This document shows, one piece after another, positions 56,694 through 64,000 of a stretch of DNA of 64,000 nucleotides. Both the position numbers and the translations under genes were made by a program. The DNA comes from Bigelowiella natans CCMP2755 (Eukaryota > Protista > Cercozoa). Position 1 is the stretch's first letter; every line of letters starts with the position of its first letter. The stretch is from assembly GCA_000320545.1 (NCBI GenBank), contig ADNK01001797.1, positions 10,800 through 74,799 on the forward strand. Direction: 5' to 3'. The notes below the pieces were generated by a model, which was not told where the DNA came from, did not search any database, and saw only the letters and a list, made by a program, of their open reading frames with translations.

Positions 56694-57181
56694 GGCGAGC
56701 GGGTCGTCTGGAGCTGCCTACCGCTTGCTCGGTCGTGACTGGGAATACTAGGCTAGGAGGGGGAGATGGCTCGCGGAGAAGAAGCCTGAGTTTTGTAAGT
56801 AGGAGCGGGAAGCTTTCTACTGTGTTCTTGTTCTAGGTAGTCGTGTCGATGGTCGGGGTCGGGACATTGTAGATACCATCGCGCTGTTTTACGATAAGAG
56901 ATACGTGTTCACATTGTGCGGTTACATCTCATCAATATCTCCTATGGTTTTTTACTACGACAAACTTTTATTTCCCGATTTAACATTGGAATCCAATCAG
57001 TATTTTGAAGTATTAGCCTAAAGGGGCTTGTTTGAGGCACGAAAGCAAGGAAGATGTGGGGGTTTTGGTTCTACGACAACCCAATACAAGGCAAAATGAT
57101 GGGCGTTTCCGTGCAGCGTCACTTCTTACATAGTATTCAGTTTCGGCCCGCCCCATCCCCTATCTACTGCCCCGATTTATC

Positions 57182-58641
57182 ATGGGCAGTTCCCAATCCA
57201 AAAGGAAGTCAAAAAGTCACTTCCAGAGACAGGTGGGCGTTAGATTCACATATTTTTGCATCCACCACCACGCCCCCGCCATTGTGACGATTGTTGTTGT
57301 TCCACGCATCTTTCTCTCGGACCACTTCCTCCCTCTCGATTTTTTGTTCTCTGCTCTGCTTTGGCCGCTTTCATGTAATTTCCCTCCTATTTCGTAACAG
57401 AATGACGTAGAGGGCGAAGGAAAGATCTCGGATGGGAAAACTAATCCCGAGTCGCTGCTTACCGAGCAGCTGAAAGATGACAACGACAATCTCCTTCATG
57501 GAATCAAAACTTTAGTCAGCGAGTTCAAGCAACAGAATAAAGAACTAGATAAGCTGAAAGTGGACAATGCCAATTTCCGTAGGGAATTTAAGGAGCTTCG
57601 GGCGAAGATAGCACTCCTTGAGCAGAAAAAGACGGCTACCGTTCCAGACAGGGAAATACGAATGAAGCTCGAAGACGAGATTCAAAAGCTTCGGGCCACC
57701 AACGATAAGCTCAAATCCGAGAATGCAAATACGATCTCAGAGCTCGAAGAGAAGCTTAAAAGAAAGGAAGGCAAGGGTACAGGCAAGTCTATCAGCGAAC
57801 TTACGACCAGCCAAGAATTACAGATGAAAACGATAAAGGACTTGGAGGATAAGTTGAAAGGTGCAAAGGAAGAACGTGCGAGATTATCTAAAATAAACGA
57901 TTCACTGAAAGCAGAGAGCCAGTCCAGGCTTGAATCCATTAAAGATTTACGTGAAGGATTGAAGAAGGCAGAAGAGAGTACTGCGAACGAAGCTAAGGTA
58001 CAGCATACATTACTTAAAATTTAAAATTATTGATTAACTATGAAACTATCAATACTCACATTGATTAACTCACAACGATATAGAATGGAGCTGTCCCGGA
58101 CCAATACAGACTCGATGAGAAGGAGAAACAGAGTATAATGAATGCACTATCGAAAGGCGATTTGATGACGAAGTATCCCAACGGCTCCAGTATCAGTGGG
58201 AAGAAGAGGAAAATGGTAAAAATTGATGCAAGGAATTGCGTCTTGACATACCAAGATGTCACTGGTGAGGGCAAAGTGAAAGGATCTCCTTCAAAAATCT
58301 ACTTGCCAAAAGTCTCTGGCCTTATGGTCGGTAAGGTATCCAAGGCATTCGACAGATCAGTGGCTAGATTGGCTGCAGGAAGTAAGGACAAATAACTAAA
58401 TTTTCCAGGAGAGGGGAGGAGGGGATATAACATTGTTTTGTTAATTGGGTTTGTAACAACAGGTAGGTGCTTCTCGCTGCAAGTCAAAACGAGGACGTAC
58501 GATTTCGAGGCCGATAACAATGCTATGCTGCAACGATGGATTATGGGTCTTGTATCTGTTTTAAAGGAGCAAAGGACCCAGCCGATTTCTGTTACAGATG
58601 CAAGGGACCCGACCGGCGTCGTGAATTTCAAGATCGAATGA
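57182..58641 (+). CDS. N-myristoylated coiled-coil protein with a C-terminal PLC-type PH domain
   Basis: First exon MGSSQSKRK, coiled-coil exon ~57401-57997, then PH: ALSKGDLMTKYPNG...KKRKMVKID...VSGLMVGKVSKAF..|RCFSLQVKTRTYDFEADNNAMLQRWIMGL. Confidence 0.8.
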
Positions 58642-59240
58642 AATGACACAACCGCTCTAGATCATCTTGCATAACAAATCTAGGTAGCAAGTTTGTAGTT
58701 GATACTGCTCAGAAAGTGTAAATTTAGTTGATGAATCATAGCTGGACACATCCAGCTAGATCTAGAGATGTGCGTTTGAATTGATTTTCTTGAGCACGTG
58801 CGACAGATCTAGAATTAACCTACCATAAAAGGCATGCAGGTGTTGTGAACCTATACGCACATATCTATACGCTATGTTATCGCACTTAAATATTCATGGC
58901 AGAGACGATATGCTAGATATGGTGTCTGTTCAATGGGTGACCTCTGTGCAATTATGCGCGCACCACGCATGTACGCCACGAAACCATAGCTAGCACACTG
59001 GCATACATGATATACGGCTGTCGTAGGTCTAGAGGTAGTGTCGTACATCTAAGCCATTTATGCAAATTTAGATATTTGTGCATTTTGATTATACCGTGTG
59101 CGCTACTGCACACATATACTGCTAGTGTGTAGGCTAGCTGCTGTGTAAACGTCCAGATATCGATGCCCGCTCTCGTGAGTACGATACGTCGCACGCTAGC
59201 TACAACTAGACAACATTTACATGTATGCCATCCATTCTAG

Positions 59241-59268
59241 CATGCTAGCTAGCTAGCTAGCTAGCATG
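59241..59268. repeat. 28 bp perfect palindrome catg(ctag)5catg
   Basis: Direct reading; it lies in the convergent spacer between the PH and NAAA genes. Confidence 0.9.
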
Positions 59269-59758
59269 TCACAATGTTATTATTACATATCATAATGTGA
59301 TCATTTACATGTATCGCGTATGTAGCTACGACGTTCTAGCGTTGTGATTCTGTATTAAGTCATTATAACTGTCTAGGCTGTGTAAACGCTGATACCGATA
59401 ACACATTTGCGCCATCTGCATTTTGCACTACATCTCGGTTCGCATCACTACACATACGGTCGTCGATATGGACAGTATAGTATAAAACTCTCATCGGTTC
59501 ACATTGTTTACATGCAATTCATTGCGATTACTCTTGCTTGATTCTTCGGGGATATTCGATCGTTGCTCATAACAACATAATGTCAGTCAGGTGCTATTCC
59601 AAGCTACACAAAGCAGCAATGCATACACATAGCTGGCAATAAAACGCTGATTAACACTTGCTAGAACTAGAGGTGGGAGAATACACCACCACCCAAGATA
59701 TTATTGCCTGCTGTTAGGAGCAGCAGCAGCAGCAGCAACGAGTAAAATCGCCAACAAA

Positions 59759-60087
59759 TCAGGAGAGCAGCGGCTGAGAAATGTTCCACATAGCCTTTTC
59801 AACACTCAACACTGCTTGGAAGACGGTGTCCGCAATGACATATTGCTGGTTGATAACCGAGAAGAGTACGTCGGGAGTTAGAGGCTGCCCAGCAGCCAGA
59901 GTTGCGTTGAGCGTCTTCTGTGCCGCGACACGACGGGTCGGCTTACCGAATCCTCCATGGCCGGTAGGATCAAAGAACTCGCGGATGTCGTGGAAGAAGA
60001 AGTCGAAGTTGGTCATGATAATGTATTCCATCGGTTCTTGTGGATTTGCTTGGCCCAGAACCTACAGGACACACACACACACACGCA

Positions 60088-60123
<36 letters not shown>

Positions 60124-60698
60124 CATCCTCCCATACACATTGCCCTGCTTGCCAACGACATGCTACATAGTAAAAGTAGCTGTGTGGATCGAAAAGAGAG
60201 CCTGAAAGAATCGTCTTGTACCTGACGAAAAGCTACATTGTCCGGGTTTTTGCTTAGAATGGTTCCTTTTTTCACGCCAGAAATGATAGCATACTCTGTC
60301 GATACGTAAGGCACGCTTGCAATAGCAGCCACAGCCTTTTCATACCTGGCAATTGGCGTCATCATCATCATCATCATCATCATTTGCAATTCCCATCATC
60401 ATCTTCTTCTCAGTCATGTTGTCGTCGTATTCAAGTTCCCAACACTTTAGTGGTTGGTTGATGATTGTTGCAGGATCAAATAAATGCCGCACAAGAGCCC
60501 CTTTTTCTGTTTCTCTTCATCTTCGTTTTGTGGTTTGTAGTACTCTGTTTCCGTCTCCATGATCTTGCGCAACGACCAGCCGTTGAGGGGGCGGCCGGAG
60601 AATAAGTGCGACAGCATCTCCTTGTTGCCTCCTGCAATGGCAAGGAAAAATAGCACCAGCCCGCAAGCATGCCCGTCAAGAATCACGTCTCGATGTGT

Positions 60699-60750
<52 letters not shown>

Positions 60751-62154
60751 TAATGCGAGGGGGTCAGTACGTCCAAGCAAGTGTAAAGCTTCGATGGTGA
60801 ATTGATGATAACCACCTTTGTGATCGGTGTAGCGTGTGTTTCGCTCGATCGCGTAGCCATTTGGACCGAGTTTGATTCCAGTAATCACCATGGTATACCT
60901 ATCGAGTGATGTATAAACAATAACCGTGAGTTTTCTCCGATCTTATCCTAGCGTACGCTATGTTGTTTTCTTCGCACAGTTGGTGATAACATCAATCTAT
61001 TCCTATCATGATACCCTGCGATCATTTGGGATTGGAAAAGCTCCGTGCCATTCTTTTTGAAAACGCCGTTGTACACCAGGTTTGTCATTACTTTCAGAGG
61101 CGAGAAATCGAGGTTTCGAGCATGGTACACCTGAAGTTGGTGGTTGTTGCTGCTACTGATAGAGGCGCGGCGACGATGATGATTGTGGTGATGGTGATGA
61201 AGATGACAAATTGCAAGTGGCAGCGAAGGTTTTTTTGCATGCTGGCTATTATGCGGATAATACCACTCCGTCCTCCTTGTTGGTAGCGATGATGCCGGTG
61301 CATCCTGGCCCCCTCCATGGTAGGCGCGTTGCCAGCGGCTCAAACTCTGCAGGAATGTCGTCGAACCACCGTGCATTTTCACCCTTAATCATATCTCCAA
61401 GGTGGGGGAAGGATACGTTTGTGACAGGAACCATCAACCTGGCGTAAATTTGTATAAAACGACGTACGGAAGGAGACAAGAGTTATTTGGAAAGCATTAA
61501 AGATGGGCCTCAACAAAGGGTTTTGATGAACAGCACTCCGAAACCCCCCCGACCCCAATAACTCACGTTTGCAATTCGTAGAGCATCTGAATCGCCTTCA
61601 CAAATTTTACGGGAAGTCTTGAGGCATCAGCAAGGCCTGTTAATACACACACGTGGTGTACACAGAAATTATGTGTATTTTTACATATTTCTACATGCTT
61701 TTGTGCATTTCTTTACTTTTTTTAAGGAACATTCATTGCATCTGGAATATTATACATGCACATAAATAGATAAATGGAAACGTTTTATCACCTTGAATTT
61801 CCTCCATCATCTCTTCTGGCTCCGGTCCGCGCTTGGCGGAATTCCATAGAGCGCTTCTCGGAGAACGAAGTCCTTCGCAAAGTAATCGTTGTAAAAGCCC
61901 CAAACTGTGTCGTTGTAGTGAGGAAGGAGTTCCAGGTACCTATTGAGTTAGGAATTATTATTTTACCCTGCGATTCTGAAAATATTAAGGCCTGGGGCGT
62001 AATGTACTGCTTCCTACCGTTCCTTTGGGGGAAGATCAAGATCAATCACAAACGATGGGACATCCTTGTGGTCATGACCAAGAGCAGCTGCGCTCGAAAG
62101 AGATAGTAAAGTAAAGGCCAGCAAAAGGCACGTTGTTGGTTTAATCGTCCACAT
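59759..62154 (-). CDS. Acid ceramidase / N-acylethanolamine acid amidase (Ntn hydrolase, ASAH1/NAAA family) with signal peptide
   Basis: Signal peptide MWTIKPTTCLLLAFTLLSLSSAAALG, then VPSFVIDLDLPPKER. Catalytic Cys segment GCTGIIATNKEDG|VYHARNLDF, followed by YAIERNTR, YAIISGVKKGTILSK and IIMTNFD. Stop at 59759. Confidence 0.88.
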
Positions 62155-63098
62155 CTTCGTCGTCCGTATTCCCTTTCACTCTACGAACATTTACATTTAT
62201 CATCAATGCATATGATGCACACACATACACACACATATATACATATGCATATGTGTGTATATACTTTTTCAGGGAACTTTCATTTCAAATATAATAAGAG
62301 CCAATAGTTTGCATAGAACTGCCTATTGATTGCGCGAACGATTCTCTTTTTCTTAGCAGGACGGCGGGGGAAACGCAGAACGCACCTAAAGGAAGCCTCT
62401 TGTTCTGTCGGAGGATGGCGTTCTCTTCTCGGCAAAACCTTTTGGGGTTTTCCTACTTTATTTTGATGTCGTAGGGTTAATTTCCTAACAAAAGGATCTG
62501 ATAATATTTCTGCGACAACCCTTGTTTGGAGGAGTAGGCGCAACAAAAGGATGGTACCCCATCTCGATCATTGGACGGTTTCGAGCAAAATGCCTTTCAT
62601 ATTGTTGTCGCTCGATGCTATGCTCTTTGTTTCACTTCGTTTAGCTAGAATGCATTGCGTGAACAGGGCACTTCCATCAATTTTCGCAAGATTCGGTAGT
62701 CGTTGAAGTCAAAATCGATGGGCACGTGTTCGTTCGGCCGAGCACAATCAATCTCAACCAGGCCAGCGCTGTCACTCCACAATTCCAGAATTGGGTGGCT
62801 GCAGAGCACGCACCTGCTCTGCGTTCATTCATTCAGGCGCGCACAGCTTCTAAACAGCACACACGTGTACCTTGTTGGAGTGTTGAAAGGAGCACGAACG
62901 ATCAAGACGTCGTCATGTTGACCGATCGATCTCCAGATCTGTGAAGCGCGTTTGGTGTTCAACGTTCAACGTTCAACGTTCAGTTCTCACTCGTTCACTG
63001 AACCATTCAGCAACTCACCTGCAACGAAAAATTCGATGGGTTGAACGAATTGTGCCGTGCTGTGCGAGTGTTGTTCCCGCGGAGTGCGCAACTGGCTA

Positions 63099-63425
63099 TG
63101 TTGCGCGTAAGGTGTTCACAGGCCGAGGCGCTACGTGCACAAGTAGGCAGGGGGGGGGAAAGGCACGTTTGCTTCCTTTTGAAGAGTTGTGTTTATTTTT
63201 ATTAAAGATTATATTTTTATTAAATCGTGCACTGCGTAATCATTCGCGAAGCTTTCGCGAATGCCGCCGCACGTGGGGGCAGCACACTTCCGGTGTGCTG
63301 CCATGAGTCCCGCCGGAACCCACGTGCCTATGCTGTATTAATATCTACGTTATCTATATTCTATATCCGCGACAACCCCTTTGTTGTCGCACGTGACTTG
63401 TGCCCGCGTAGTGGTACGCGCTACA
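63099..63425 (-). mobile_element. 3' LTR (~327 bp) of an LTR retrotransposon
   Basis: It starts TGTAGCGCGTA on the minus strand directly after a polypurine tract. The other end reads TGTTGCGCGTA on the plus strand (10/11 terminal inverted repeat, TG...CA). A TATA-like stretch at ~63335-63366 and AATAAA-type signals at ~63190-63222 lie in U3-R order on the minus strand. Confidence 0.75.
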
Positions 63426-63433
63426 CCTCCCCC
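63426..63433 (-). promoter_or_regulatory. Polypurine tract (GGGGGAGG) abutting the 3' LTR
   Basis: Minus strand ...ttGGGGGAGG|TGTAGCG..., ~45 nt after the pol stop codon. Confidence 0.7.
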
Positions 63434-63476
63434 AAGTCACGTTGCTCCTTCCTTCCTTCCTTATTCCCTTAGACCT

Positions 63477-64000
63477 TCATCGCTTTCGGAACTTCACCAA
63501 CCACCAGGTAATAGATTCCTCTCTAACCTTATCTCCTTTGTCGCTTACCCAGAACTCACCTTCGTCCTTAGGTTCGTGTCCATACCAGCCCTCTGCATCA
63601 AGGTCCCCCAGGACCTTATACCAGTGCTCAAAGGGTAAGTCGGGAACAGCTAGGTAGAGTAGCTGATATTTTCCGTCCTTTATTTTCATAGCTACCCTCT
63701 CCATATTTCGTAATCCAGGGTAGCCTAGATAGACAATCTTCATGCGCCAATCGTCGTTCACCCTGACCTTATTGTTTCCATATTCCACATCGAACTTAGG
63801 TCGGGGTCCTAAACAAGGCATTGCTCGCTCCCACACAGTAGGGTTTACTTTAACATCCTCTAGGAGCTTCTCACCGATATCATAATTCTTTAGGTGACTG
63901 ATGTGGCGCAAGGTGACCCTGTTCCCATCATAGATGTAGTACTGCTTCCTCCCCTTCCTCTCGGTAACCTTTGCAACGCCACCCCAGAAGGGGTCTTGTT
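63477..64000 (-). mobile_element. C-terminal end of a Ty3/Gypsy-like pol: integrase tail plus a degenerate Dam-like methyltransferase domain (runs off the window)
   Basis: Intronless frame QDPFWGGVAKVTERKGRKQYYIYDGNRVTLRHISHLKNY matches the P.W.GPY...Y.I...H.S.LK.Y integrase C-terminal module. It is followed by ~130 aa, a PPT and an LTR. Confidence 0.75.

Noticed and set aside
62280-62546. 88 aa minus-strand ORF upstream of the ceramidase
   Set aside because: It has a non-ATG start and no recognisable motif, so it cannot be supported as a gene.
62957-62983. (gttcaac)n short tandem repeat and other spaced repeats as a possible CRISPR-like array
   Set aside because: It is a simple 7 bp tandem with no unique spacers, there are no cas genes, and the context is eukaryotic.
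1-64000. tRNA, rRNA or snRNA genes and non-canonical splice sites
   Set aside because: None were recognised by eye, and every intron I could resolve is GT-AG. A covariance-model search would be needed to exclude small RNAs.

Overview
Intron-rich eukaryotic (protist) nuclear DNA with canonical GT-AG introns, the standard genetic code and dense microsatellites. CEP164 implies a flagellate or basal-body-bearing organism; the style resembles a chlorarachniophyte-like protist, but the sequence alone cannot prove that. I hand-spliced about 11 genes, mostly in alternating orientation: histidine acid phosphatase 3' end (+), LRRC57-like (-), METTL21/23-type methyltransferase with long extensions (+), CEP164 (-), an MGCC- acylated protein (-), a two-EF-hand protein (+), a ~17 kb Calx-beta/voltage-sensor membrane protein (-), USP36/42 (+), a DENN-ENTH fusion (-), a coiled-coil/PH protein (+) and an acid ceramidase/NAAA (-). 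The window ends in the 3' part of an LTR retrotransposon (integrase tail, PPT, 3' LTR). The most striking signal is non-genic: palindrome-rich intergenic islands have lost almost all TpA dinucleotides while TpG/CpA are abundant and CpG is retained (2 TA in 1,619 bp at 18396-20014). The surviving TAs are mostly in CTAG. This suggests a targeted, context-specific A-to-G hypermutation process, opposite in direction to fungal RIP. The retrotransposon sits beside such an island, retains its own TAs, and has a degenerate Dam-like adenine-methyltransferase fold at the end of its integrase. All counts and exon boundaries were read by eye and need computational confirmation.
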